Source of the DNA: Camelus dromedarius
Lineage: Eukaryota
DNA: 64,000 nucleotides
Direction: 5' to 3'
Assembly: GCF_036321535.1 (NCBI RefSeq)
Contig: NC_087436.1
Span: 98,396,001 to 98,460,000, forward strand
Shown: in pieces, positions 24,571 to 37,697 of the stretch
How the letters are laid out: the number at the start of each line of letters is the position of its first letter
How positions within the stretch are numbered: position 1 is the stretch's first letter
Program-made: the position numbers and the translations under genes
Notes under the pieces: model-generated
Seen by the model: the letters and a program-made list of their open reading frames with translations, nothing else
Told to the model about the DNA's origin: nothing
The model's database searches: none

Positions 24571-27500
24571 CATCTCTTTCCATGTACAGGAGCTAAATAA
24601 TTTCCACATAGAAAGGCCTGTCCTGCAGAGACTTGTTCATTGTTCTTCAGAAAACAGCATTTTGTTATTAGTAGAATTCTTCATTACTGCAAACAGTAAA
24701 CAACTGTGCAAATCTATAGAAATAAAATGTTCCTAAACTGAATGCATTAGGAATTGGAAATTAGAATTCAGTGATGTCTAGAATCACCAAAATATGAAAT
24801 ATTTTATCTGATAATGTGAGTAAATAAACAGTTCAATTGTCAGAATTTAAAACCTATTTAAATTTCAAGAGTAATCTTTAGGAAATTAATCTTCCATGAC
24901 ACTAGTTATTATCCTAGGAATGTGAATACATTATCCCAATGAGTATATTATGATCTTCTCACTGGAAGGTCTGTGTTCTCCTAGAATGGAAAAAAAAAAG
25001 AGAGACAGAGAGAGAGACTAAAAAGTAATTTTAAATAATCGGATGAGGGTGTCAAATTAGAGATTTCAAGATGTAAGTCATTCTTGGCAATGATATAAAC
25101 CACCCTGGGTAGCCATCTTTGAGTTCGGGTAAGGCATGGATAAAATTTACATTTGCTATCTGCAGATGTCATTAACAACTGTTCATTCATTTGTTTACTC
25201 TACTAGCACAATAAAGACTTACCTCAAGAATATTTTATTATTTTATTTATCTTTTGATCATAAAGATTGTGTCTTGGATTAGGCGAGGTGATGAAGCATG
25301 TACTTAAATTATTGCAGAGTATGTTTCAGTAAGAAATCTGGTTCCAGTGACTGATAATACTGGCAGGTATTCTCTAAGGTAATTAATCATCATCCTTTAT
25401 TTTTAGTAGTGACTAATTCACATTGTCAGAGATAGACTGTGGTTTGGCATGTGATAAAGTGATTTTAAACTATTCTTCCTGATACTGCAGACAATTTCAA
25501 GTAATTATGACATGTTTTGTGAGTCTAATTTTTAGAGAAGATGAAAGGAATGGCCTGTACAAGCATGAGGGACTGCCTTATTTTCTTGTCATTTGGATAT
25601 TATATTGTTTTTATTAATGCTACTCTGATATTGCTAAATTAAATCATATTCTAAAGGCTATAGCAGTGACTGTTTTCCTGTATGGTATATTTTTAATTTT
25701 TAATGTAGCATGGCTAATTTAAGTTTATTGTAAAATGAAAAAAAAGTTCAAAAGTAACTCAATAATAAAATACTAAATGAGAGCTAGTGTTTATAAATAA
25801 AATTTTCTACTGAATTTTTATTTTAATCCAAGTGTCATCGATTCCATTTTGCCTTATATAACCTCTAATTTAGTAACAAAAGAATGTAACCAGTCATCAG
25901 AAATGGCTGGTTACATTACAAGAAGAAGAAAAAGAAAGAAAAAATGGCATAATGGCATTGTTTTACAGTTGGATGCAAATTCATTTCCAAGTAAATTAAT
26001 CTTTTGCTTTTAATTTAGTGGAATTTTTCCTCTGAGGCATTTGCACTTTGTCAGTTCTTCACTAAAGCAGATATATGTTGTACAGTGTAATATGATTTCC
26101 TGACTGGATTTCAAATTAACCTTTTTCTATCAATTCTAAAATACAATACTTGACCACTTAAGGTACTGCTAACACCTCACAAGTTCAATATGTTATTAAA
26201 CTTAAAGTAAATCAACGAAGTTCATATTAAGATCAGATTAAAGATTTACACTTGGTAAAAGGTTAAGCAAATCTCCATGCTTTTTGATATTTTTAATTTG
26301 CATCTTTAATAAGCTGTAGCATCCACAGAGCTGCTGGTTTCATTTCTACATATTTCAAAATAGGAAAACTTGTTCTTTTCCCCACAGTGTCAAATTATTC
26401 TAGGTTGGAAGTTAAAAGTCTTCAGCATACCAACCTGTTTACATCATCAATGCCTTCATACTTTAAAGCCCTTCAGCCTTGAGGATGGTACTAGAAGACC
26501 TCATCCTAGTTATCATCATCTCTCTTAATTGTCTAATGCCTCCTCACTCACTGTTGCTGACTGACCTTGTGCTTTTTGACCTGGAAGCAGAAGTCCCTAT
26601 TGAGTTCCTTACCCTAAAGAAAGTGACTAGACGTCAGTAGAAACTTGAGTATTAATTCCTTCAGGTCACCAGAGGATTGCTCTGTAAATTTTTCTACTGA
26701 GATAATGTAGCTTTCAAAATTGTCATTTGCTCCCTGAGGGTGATTTAGACAATGGAGCAGTCTGTGATTTAAATTTTCTTCAATGGCTAAATTACTCCTT
26801 CCCACGCTAGGTGTTAAAAGATGCACTTGAACATGGACTGTTTTGGGTCGCTGAGGCATCCTAGAGCCAATGTGCAGCAAGAGGGTATTCGAGCATATTA
26901 ACTCTTCAGACTATTAGGGTGTCTTTTCATCTGCACAAGTCAATGCACTCTCCAAACTACTTAATTTTCCACCAGAGAATTTTCCAATCTAGCCACGATG
27001 AAGAGTTAAGTGTTTCTCTTTTTAAAGGCTTTGCCCCAACAGAAAAGATGTGATTCCAAATGGAAGTTCTTAATAAGAAAGCTTTTTATGGGTTTTTTGG
27101 GGGGATTTTTTGGTGGGTTAAAGTGTGCACTAGGGATCTTCATGCATATTCATAACTGTTTGTGTTTGTGAAAATTGTCTGTTCTTCAAATTCACCACTA
27201 GGCTTCTAGTTTCTTATGCTGTTGTAGTATACATTTGGAGCAACATTTTTCTTTTAAATAGAATTTGTACTTGTGAATTCAAGGCAAAAGAAGAAATTAC
27301 GATCCAAATGGTTTCGTAGAGGCACTATCCTATTAGGCTGGCAGTGAGACACTAACTGTTGTACTTGAAGGCAAAGTCAGATAACATGCTGAGATAACCA
27401 GTCAAGGGAGTTATTATTAAGGCCAAATATAAAGTGAGCCAATGACATGCAGTCCATTTACAACAGTAGGTACAATGTCAAGTCTAGCATAACTTTATTT

Positions 27501-28004
27501 TTTTAACACTAAGTATTAACTAGACACCAAGAACTTAAATATTTGTTTGAGTTTGAATGACATATTGAAAGACAAATGACCATGGAAACTAAGTACATAT
27601 TTTTAAAATAGATAAAACAGGGAAAAGTTAAACTGTCCAAAACGTCTGTATCTGTATACTGAGAGCCAAAATAATACATATACGCATGGGAGGGGAGAAA
27701 ATGGTAAAGGAGAAAAAAAAATGTTTGTGTCACTTTTTCACTTGTCTTCATAATCTCACTGCTTTAGGTATAAAAATAATGGTTTTAATTCAGTTTCAGT
27801 TACTTCCTTAATATCTGAAGATCTTTTACAAACAGATCCTTAAGAAAACCCTCTATGTACCTTCCAGTATTCAAAGTAATCTTATTTATTAGATGGCAAA
27901 GGTAGTCTCAAATTGGAACTCATCATGAAGGAAACCCTAAATTCTGGATGTTAGCATGTCTACGGTAGTATGTGGGTGTGGGTATGTGTTCTTTGGGGAA
28001 AGAG

Positions 28005-28260
28005 CGTGTTGTGTAGTGGTTCAGGTGTTGGCCTCTGAAACCAAACCAGCAGGATTCAAAGCCCACTTCAGTGTCTTGGTATCAGAATGACTTAGTCAGC
28101 AACTGTCTTATGCTTAAGTTGTCTCATTTGCAAAATGATGATAATCTAGGGCCTGACTAACCTCACAGTGTTGTTATGAGCATGAAATGAGTTAATATAT
28201 GTGAGGCATTTAGAACAGTGCTTGGCACATAGAAATCAGTTATTAAGATGTAAAAAATGA
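28005..28260 (+). mobile_element. MIR, near full length
   Basis: 'tgtagtggttcagg...ggattcaaagccc...ctcatttgcaaaatgatgataat...cctcacagtgttgttatgagcatgaaatgagttaatatatgtgaggcatttagaacagtgcttggcacatag'. Confidence 0.9.
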
Positions 28261-29030
28261 TAAATGTTAGTACAAATTCTAAATAGTTTCCTATATTTTG
28301 TTTATTCTGTGATTATTTTGATTTCAGTGACATTCTCAGATTTCATTACACAATTCAGGTCACATTCTATGGCCCAAAAAAAGTCTTCCTTGTTTTTTCC
28401 TGATCCAAAGTAACTTTTTTTTCCGCTAAACTTCTGGTCACACAAAGTCTGTACCATGCTTAGTTATACAATGCCCCTTCAACATATGTCAAGTTTTAAT
28501 ACCTGCTATCATTTCATTGTGTCTTAGATGAAAACTTTGTCCCTCTTGGCTCCAATGAAAGTCCATTTCTTCTTATACTGAACCTTGTGAAAATGAACAG
28601 GAGGACACTATCATCTATATAATCATATACTTGAAATTTAAAGTCAGAGCCTTTGTGTTTTCCTTTTTGGTGACCTAAGTACAACATAGAACGAGTACTG
28701 GCAATGTTTCCTCCCCAAAGTGTTTTACTCTATTCTTTAAATACCATGTACCCCACCCTGCCTTTGAAATGCCCTCATCCTATTCTCTGGTTTTCTCAAA
28801 ACAGCTTTGTCCCCTCCTTTCCGAGGACTAGCGTAAGCCACCAAGGATCATATGTTCCACGCGGGGTGATACCTGCTTCACCTTCCTGTCCAGAGTGATG
28901 GTCCCAAATGATAGTACTTTTTGTCTCTTGATACATGTCTGACATGTTTCTCTATAACCAGGCAGAAGACAGTATGTACTCAAGCTTTTTGTTTGTTTGT
29001 TTGTTTTTTACTTAAGTAAACATTTTTACT

Positions 29031-29575
29031 TGTATAGAGGAGGAAAGAAACTTTTTCCTCTACCTCCTTGATTTTCCAGCCGGGGCCCTGGAAATTAAAC
29101 TGGCAAAAGGCAAATTGGCAGGAAAGAACTCCCAGAGTTTATTAACATGTGCAGCATGAATACACATGGGAGAAACTCAGCTAGGAATATCCCAGAGGAG
29201 TGGTTAGAACGTGGGGTTTATAGCTTTATATATAGCATCTTAACAAAGAACAATGAATTTGTAGAAAACTGGTAAGACAAAGAAAAGGGTTTTAGGCTGT
29301 TGAGGTAGCAAACAGTGGGAAGGTAAATAAATATAGGAGAAGAAACTAATGAAAGATAAGGTTATTTTAGTAAGATCTGTTGGGTAGATTCCTTTCAGTA
29401 CCGTATCTGGGCTAATGAGATTCTAGAGTTGTTACAGGTCATTAGGAGTCTAAGCCTCCTTTTTAGGCAAATAGGGGGCTTTTTTTGATATCTGCTGTTT
29501 CACAACTATCTTCAGCTTAAAATAATCCTTATGTCAGAGTGTCATATTTTGGGGTGTCAGAGTCGTTCCCTTACA
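29031..29575 (-). mobile_element. MER34/MER39-like ERV1 solo LTR
   Basis: Ends 'cttcagcttaaaataatccttatgtcagagtgtcatattttggggtgtcagagtcgttcccttaca', the reverse of the typical TG..AATATGCCACCCCAAAATATG start. Similar copies at 41059, 42675, 51305 and 58804. Confidence 0.8.
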
Positions 29576-30229
29576 ATATTCTGTACCTATAGGTATTTCA
29601 TGGACGTTAATTGATATAATATGTTTAATTGATACACAGGCAAACCTACACTAAGCAAAATTATAAAAAAAACCTAGCTTTGGCACCCTCTATTGTATTC
29701 ACTTTTACATCATGTATCAGCTAAAGAATTAAATGGGCACTAGATTTCACATTTCTCACATAAGCACAGGAATGGTGATAAAATTTGGTTTGTAGTCTGT
29801 GGCCTACTAGGGCCCTTGGACCCAAAGTATGAATGGGTTCAGTTCTTTGGTTAGATCACAAGGAAGACTGTAGCTACTCTTGACAGCTGCTAATGTCTCT
29901 GAAAGTGGGATGTAAGTAAAAGTAGGATTTCTTAGAACAGTTGCGTAAATATCAGCTTTAGAAAATGAGGAGTCATGGAGTTGAGGCCAAAGAGGAACAC
30001 TAAAAGCAGGTCCAAATTAAGACAAACAGGACTAGTACTGGACCACTCTGCCAGAGACATTGGACCTTTTCCCTGGAATGAGTGCAGTTGTTGAGAACAG
30101 ACTACAAAAAACAAAATAGTTTTGAAAACTAAGGAAATAGCCATCTGTCCTTAGTGATATAATTTGAAAGTAAATTGAAATATGATTTTCAAAAAATAAA
30201 GACTTTGCAGTTTAAAAAACAACAGAAAA

Positions 30230-30440
30230 AAAACTTGAGTTCCCATCTTGCCTCAATTAATATGTGATCATCTATAAATTATTTCATATATCTGCACCTC
30301 CTTTGAAAACAGTGATAATAATGAGTTTTTTATTATCTGAAGTGTTTTTTGAAGAGCAAATGAAATAAGATATGCAAAGCACTTAATAGAATGCTTTCAA
30401 AGAAATAAGTGCTTAATAAGTAGTAGCTAGTAATGTTTTT
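30230..30440 (+). mobile_element. MIR
   Basis: 'gagcaaatgaaataagatatgcaaagcacttaatagaatgc...aagtgcttaataag'. Confidence 0.7.
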
Positions 30441-30809
30441 TGTAATCATTGCTAGTATTACTGGATTTCTACCTGTATTAAAGGTTAAGCAAATATTTTA
30501 ATCTAAATTACTGACTCCTGAGATTAGATGAAATTCAAATTTTAAAATAATCTTATCAATAATCTGTGGATAATCTTTTTCTTCCTTAAGTATGATAACA
30601 TATATAGAGGAAACATCTTGAACAGAGGGCAGTTTGTTATATTTTAATTCCTGTCCCTTCGCTTATCTTGAGTCAGCACTCCCTCAACATTCACAATACA
30701 GTTGTGTTCATAATAACGTTCTAGAAACTAGAACTCTAGCTCTTAAGATTGAGGTTTTAATCTTAAAATTAAGGTGGAGAAGTAGACTGACTCGTAAGTG
30801 CTTCTTGCT

Positions 30810-31445
30810 TCTGCACCTTCCAGTAAGGTCAGGAGACCGTCCACTCCAGCTATACTAACAGAAAATGTCATTTAAAGAATTGTTAACTAGGTGCTGGAGA
30901 GCTAAAAAGGCAAAAAAAGATACACCATGGTATTACAGATGTAGTAATTGCAGGAAATAAGAGTGAAGAAAGAAAGGGAGGAGCTGTGCCAACTCAGGAT
31001 TCAGACTTCTCCGAGGAGGGGTGTTGCCCTGCTGGTGGTCTGACCTCAAATGCTTGAACTTGAGGTGCTCAGATAAATGAGGGGCCTGTGGAGCCCAGAT
31101 CGGCCAGACCTCTGAGGAAGAGGAGCTGGCTGGCTAGTAGCTATCAAGAGGAGGTGAACTACGGCAGATCCTTGAAGTATAGGGAAGGCCTGCAAACTGA
31201 AATTACGTTCTCTTACTGTAACCAATACCCTGCTGAGCTGAAGAAGCACTGTGGCGGTGATGCTACAGGAAAACAAACCCAAGGGAAAGAACAAGTCCCT
31301 TCTTCTTCCTCAAGCCTCCCAGTTTCTCACCACTGCCCCTGCTGCGTGGGACTTAAGAGCCATCAAAGAAGAAATGTGGTTTGCAGAGCCCCAGTCCCGC
31401 ATCACAAAATAGAATATAAAAGAGTGAGTTTGAAAATAAGAGACA
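30810..31445 (-). mobile_element. Old ERVL-class LTR (family not assigned)
   Basis: GC-richer block starting 'tgcaccttccagtaaggtcaggagac...actccagctat...aagaattgttaactagg', resembling an antisense ERVL LTR end. Confidence 0.45.
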
Positions 31446-33128
31446 ATAAAACAGGAGGTTCTGAAATATTTAGTGATATGAGAATATTTTGTTATTTTTG
31501 AGTTCACAATATGGATGTGATGTTTTCCCATAACGACATTTCTGAATTATATTATCTTCTAAACAAAAGCAACAGTAGAATATAAAAATACTTTGATCTG
31601 ATGATAGCAATATTCTTAATAAATGAAGCAGGATTACTCCCAAAGGCCAATCAAAAGTCTGTTCAGAAGCTTGTTCAAGAGGGATGAAAATAAATATTCT
31701 ACCAGCAAAAGATCAAATCCAGTTTAAAAAAAAAAACACAAGTCATAGAAATAAAATTACCTAACTCATTGATAAATATGTTTTACTTTTAACAAGATAA
31801 ATAATATATATCAACATTTTCATGAATTCTTTTGCATTTCAATAGATATTATTTTGTTTAGATTTTTAGTTTACTTTTAGTCAAATATTAGAATATTTAA
31901 ATTAGAAAAATGCATAAGGAAACAGCATTTTAGGAAGGTAACTTTTTTGTCACATTTCCAAACTCTATTAAAGGATATATCATATTTTCAAAATATGCAA
32001 GACATTTGCATATAATTCTATACTTATCTCATAGTATTATAATTGTGTATTTATCTTTGCATAATGACAAGCTCTTGGAATGGAGAAATTCATATATGCA
32101 GTTCATAACTGACAATAAGCAAAAATGAATTGAAAATTTGAGACTATCTTTGTGATAGCACCAGAATCTAAATCAGTTTGATTCTAGCATATTTATAAAG
32201 AAACATTATTAAAATTTAATCTTACGGGAAAACTATGAGTATGTTAGGTTTCAGGCAGTGCACCTAAAATAATTTAGAATTTGTATCTCCCCATGCGCTG
32301 TATATTAAAATTGACTTAATGTGTACTACTGCATTTTGTTACATTTGATACTAATCCTTTTCCCAATCTCAGATAAACACCAGTTTCTAAACATTTTAAA
32401 TAGAAAATATTTTTTTCCTCAAGAGTGAACATTTCTCATTACCCATTGCAATCTTTCAGATCACTGAGAAAAGGAATGGACTTACTAAAATTCCAGAGTA
32501 GGGATCCAGACAAACCTGAAAGCTTATTTTAAAAAGTTGTGAGAAAAGATTTTTAATAGAAGCAGTGCAGAATGAATATGCTATCATCTAAATTCAGCTA
32601 GACCCCACACAAGTGCCAGAACAGCACAGGAGATTAATAACATGTACACTGGCATATTTTATTCATGGTTATAGCCACTACACTTCCAAAATCTGAAATT
32701 CAGAGACTATAAATCTCATGTGAGAAATGATAAATGCAAAAGGTGGAGAAAATGGGCCAGAGTTGTAGAGTGATGTCTTGACATTTCCACATGCTCCTGT
32801 GGTACCCCCTAGCCATGTGTCATCCTCCCCTTTAAAGAGTGAAGACTTCTTGTCACCTTATAATTATTTATATATGTTAAATAAATAATGCCCTTTTCTG
32901 CTTTTCAGGCTGATGCTCCTCTTCTTCTTTGAAACGGGAGTTTAGGAGTGGCACACCACGATTCACACACAGCTTATTATGGTCGAGGGAGAATTATTCC
33001 CCTCTCCACAGAAAGCTCATGGCCGAGCTTTAACCTTGCAAGTTCCCATACAGATCGTGTCCACAACTTCAAGCTGATGTTACATATTTGGGTATAGCTA
33101 TGAGGTATACTCAGTGGCAGCTGTTTCA

Positions 33129-33205
33129 TTCTTTTTTTTTTTAATCAAAGTATAGTTGATTTACAATGTCATGTTAGTTTCTGGTGTATAGCATAATGAT
33201 TCAGT

Positions 33206-33276
<71 letters not shown>

Positions 33277-34116
33277 ATATATATATATTCTTTTTCATGT
33301 TCTTGTTCATTATAGGTTATTAGAAGTTATTGAATATAGTTCCCTATGCTATATAGTAGAAACTTGTTTGTCTATTTTATATATAGTAGTTAGGTTCTGC
33401 AAATTCCAAACTCCTAATTTATCCCTCCTTCCCCCACTTTCCCTTTTGGTAACCATAAGTCTATTTTCTATGTCTGTGTGTCTGTTTCTGTCTTGTAAAT
33501 AAGTTCATTTGTGTCATTTTTTTAGATTCCACATACAATTGATATCACATGATATTTATCTTTCTCTGACTGACTTCACTTAATGTGATCATTTCTAGGT
33601 GCATCCATGTTGCTGCAAATGGCACTGTTTCATTTTTATGGCTGAGTAGTATTCCATTATATATATATATACCACATCTTCTTTATCCAGTCATCTGTCG
33701 ATCGACACTTAGGTTGCTTCCATATCTTGGCTGTTGTGAATAGTGCTGCTATAAACATTGGGGTGCATGTATCTTTTTGAGTTAGAGTTTTCTCTGAATA
33801 TATGCCCAGGAGTGGGATTGCTGGATCATATGGTAGTCTGTTTTCAGTTTTTAAAGGAACCTCCATACTGTTCTCCGTAGTGGCTGCACCAATTTAGCTT
33901 CCTACCAACAGTAGAAGGGTTCTCTTTTCTCCATACCCTCTCCAGCAGTTGTTTGTGGACTTTTGAATGATGGCCATTCTGACTGGTGTGAGGTGATACC
34001 TCACTGTAGTTTTGATTTGCATTTCTCTGATAACTAGTGTGGCATCAAGCATTTTTTATGTGCCTGTTGAGCATTTGTATGTCTTCATTGGAGAAATGTC
34101 TGTTTGGGTCTTCTGA
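33129..34116 (-). mobile_element. Young 5'-truncated LINE-1 with perfect 11-bp TSD
   Basis: TSD CAGCTGTTTCA at 33118-33128 and 34117-34127. Poly-T at the left. ORF 33657-33866(-) [44 protein letters not shown] is the ORF2 C-terminus. Confidence 0.97.
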
Positions 34117-36479
34117 CAGCTGTTTCAAACCAGTGTCTTAATCAATTTTAACAAGGATCTGAAAACAATAAGCCTATCTTAAAAAGTGTGTCATATTACC
34201 TGTCTTGCCAGTGGTAGCAGTCAGGACTAAGACTAGGGGAAATGATGTCCCATCCCTGGTAAGAGTAGAATTGCACTGTTCTCTTTCCTGCAGGACTTGC
34301 TTATGTGTGGTTCTCTCCTGGGAAAACTCTACCCAGCTAATTCTGCTCATCCTTTAGGGTTTTAAAGTGAACTTTGAGTTTGAGTTTTGCCTTTCAGAGT
34401 ATAAAACAGATTCAAGAGAACAGATGGAAATAGTGATCAAGAAAAGGAATTATCCTTTATTATAACTAAGGTGGAAATTCTTCCTAAAAGTCAGAGACTA
34501 CCCTTCTACCCAATCAGTCTCCAAACTGGAACATATTTCAATATGCATGCTCATCTACCATGTAGGATACTCATTTGAGACCACTTTAGGGCATGAGTGG
34601 GAGAATTGTTAAGTTCCATGAAATCCACTGCCCACATGTCATGTATGCTAACACCTTTTGAACAAAATGAATCTCATGACTAGGGCCAGTGTCAGATTGC
34701 GAAGGGACTACACATTTTTAGGGCAATGGTAAGAGATACAGGGAGGTAATTAATTAGGGCCATTCATGGAATTACTCTACCACTATCCTTAATTCTGATT
34801 TTCATGCATGTTAGTTGAATATCTTTCTCCTAGAATTGTCTTCCCCTCTTTCTACTATTTCTGTTTTTTTCCATATGAAAATAGAAGCTGCAGGTACCGC
34901 AGTAAATGTATTTTGATTGTCACAGTAGGACTAAGAAAGCACTGACTTGCTTTGTTACAGAAATTGATTTTAAGCTTCCAGCTTTCTAAGCATGAAGAGG
35001 ACATGGACCCCCTACAACAAGGGTTAACTTTTCTGACCTTCCTATTCATGGCAATTATTGTCCCTTTGCTGGAATAGAAAAGATCCGCTGCTACTTTGTG
35101 TATTTAAAGAGATGCTATGTTTCAGCATTTTTAATAGCCATTGAACTCAACTGTCCTATTTACCCATAGTCTGGGATATATATTAGGTACTTACATAAAT
35201 TATTTTGAGTGAATAAAGACAGTTTTTAACCTTGAAAGATGTACAATTATATAAAAAATAAGTAAATATACTTAATATATTTGGAATAATTGGGCAATTC
35301 AAAAATTAGTATAAATTTAGAAGAATAGAATGCTGTGAACGTATTCGTGGTTCTATGGTCAAACTAGGAAATGCAGAGGTGATATATAATGGTGCCATGT
35401 GCCATGTAAGGACAGAGTGAAAAGATGGCTGTCTCTAGCCAAATTACCTTTGGAAAGAAATAGTGAATAGTGAGGATTGGGAGGCTAAGAAAGATGTTCA
35501 AAATCCTTGGACACGAATACACTGACTATCAAAATCTCTGCAAGAATAAAGCATGAAACACTTCCAGTGTGCTGGAAGTTTAGTAAGTTGCTGATGTTGT
35601 TTTCTGTTGGATTACTGGTAATACTATCACTTGGAAAGGATATTCACTGAACCAAGAGGCAGAGAACCAATTTACTCTAAGGAGTCCAGCCTAAAGTTTA
35701 GTTTGTTCAGAAACACTCAACAGAGCATGAACAGGAACTGAGGAGGTAGACAGCGGGGGTGAGTGCTGTCAGTTGAGCTTAGGATGTTAAAACAAAGAAG
35801 AGCTTGGAGGCAGAGGCTGACAGCAGTCTCCTGCTGACAGACAAAGCTTGCCTTTTACCTCTCCCAGGGGCAGCAAAGTGCCGGCGTCTGTGTGGTCCAC
35901 TTGCATGAAATCCTCAGAGAGAGACTTTGTTCTGCTGATTTTTCCTCCCACCTATCTTTCTGAGAACACGTATAAGCTTTTTACTTCTTGATAAATGTCC
36001 CATGTGTCTGATCTACACTTTCCCTGTTTATTACTATTTTAATGACTTAGTAACGCTGTATCTCTTAGGGCTGGTTTGTGCTGAAGAGCCCCTTTAATTG
36101 CAGATTCCCTTTCTCAACCTCCTGCCTTTCAAATCAAACTCCTTCAGGGACTGAGCTGTATAGAAACACTTCTTTCAAAGACTTATTGATAAAACAAAGG
36201 ACTGATGTAACACTGATGCATCTAAATATCTAGAATAAAAGTGTTAATTATCATTAGCTATTGGACATTTTAATGTGAAAATAAACTAGATAAAAACTAA
36301 AATATTCTATCCCAAATATGAATTAAAAGCAGGACAAATCAAAGAGATGTAAGCTCCTCACTTCATTCTGGGTTTCTGTGACCAAGGCATATTTCTAGGC
36401 ATTGAATAAAGATAGTATAAATGGGGATATAGACCGAGTGCAAACTTCTGTGTTGTTAAACTGTTACAGAATCCTTCTG

Positions 36480-36965
36480 GACTACTTGAGGGAACTGTTG
36501 CTGACCATGTTAAAGACATGACTTCTATTTAAGAATCCTTGGCTGTAAGGAATACCCCAGGTATTCTGTCTTATTGTAACTTTATCTAATTGTTCTTCCT
36601 AGATGACTTTATGTAACCTCTAGGCTACAATATCATCTCTATTCTGATAACTCAAAAATTAGGTCACCATCTCTGTCTCCTCCCCATAAATTGAGATTTG
36701 TGTATCTACTTGGCCATCTGATATAAACAGTTGGAAGGCTAATAAATATCTCAAAATAGGCAACGGAGAACTGCTAATTATCTGTCTAAATTTACTCCTT
36801 AAGTTGTATTTATTACAGTAAATGGACAACCACTGACCCAGTTGTGCCATTTAGCAATCTAGGTTATAGCTTTTATTCCTGCCTGTGATTCACTCCCGTA
36901 TCTAATTTATTGGCAACTCTAACTCCAAACAATATTCCAGGTTTAATCACATCTCTTCATCTATA
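36480..36965 (+). mobile_element. L2 fragment
   Basis: 'aatatcatctctattctgataactcaaaaatt...tctcctccccataaattgagatttgtgtatctacttggc'. Confidence 0.65.
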
Positions 36966-36966
36966 G

Positions 36967-37320
36967 TGTTGAAGAAAATTGCACTGGACCTGTTAAACAG
37001 ACAGGAAGGATTTTATTCAAAGACTATTGCAATAGGACTCAAAACTACTGAAACAGGAGAGAAAGACTGCATTCAACTCTTCTGAAGCAAAAAGCAGGGG
37101 GATTTTTAAATGCTGGGATAACCTAATGGATAAATTGGGGAGGACATTAGTGGGGAGAACGGTCAGTGTGATTAGACCATCTGTGTTTGCTAATTGTAGA
37201 TTATCAAAGCTGTTAGGTTCCTACCCTCCCACAGAGACTAAAAGATGAAGGCTCTATCTGCTTTGATGATTACATTTCAAAGGGATGGCCCCCAACTCCT
37301 TTAGAAAGGTATTTCTGACA
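36967..37320 (-). mobile_element. MER31/MER67-like ERV1 LTR
   Basis: 'tgttgaagaaaattgcactggacctgttaaacag...ttttattcaaagactattgcaatagg...tgatgattacatttcaaagggatggc'. Confidence 0.65.
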
Positions 37321-37329
37321 ATTAACATC

Positions 37330-37697
37330 TTAAAGACCTTAAGCCAATTTGACTAGTATTCTTACAAGAAGAGGAGAAAAAATACAGCGTTAGACACATA
37401 CAGAGTGGAGACCACCATGTGAAGACATACACACACAGAGGAAAGATGTCTATTTGATTACAATGGCAGAATCTGTGTTCATGCAGCTGCAAACCAAACA
37501 ACACCAAGGATTTCCAGAAGCACCAGAAAATAAAAAAGCTATGTAACAGACTCTCCCTCTGAGCCTTCCCAAAAGAACCAATCTTGCCAACACCTCAGCT
37601 TTGGACTTCTAGCCTCCTGAACTGTGAGAGAATAAATGTCTGCTGTTCTAAATCACCCAGTTTTCGGTACTTTGTGACACAGTTCTTGAAAATACAG
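37330..37697 (+). mobile_element. MLT1 (MaLR) LTR
   Basis: 'ccatgtgaagac...caccagaa...aagaaccaatcttgccaacacctcagctttggacttctagcctcctgaactgtgagagaataaat'. Confidence 0.9.

Noticed and set aside
26614..26880. 88-aa ORF in unique DNA as a possible coding exon
   Set aside because: No recognisable protein similarity and no convincing flanking splice sites. BLASTX would be needed to exclude it fully.
31088..31501. 137-aa ORF
   Set aside because: It lies in a probable old LTR, has a non-ATG start, and shows no recognisable similarity or splice context.
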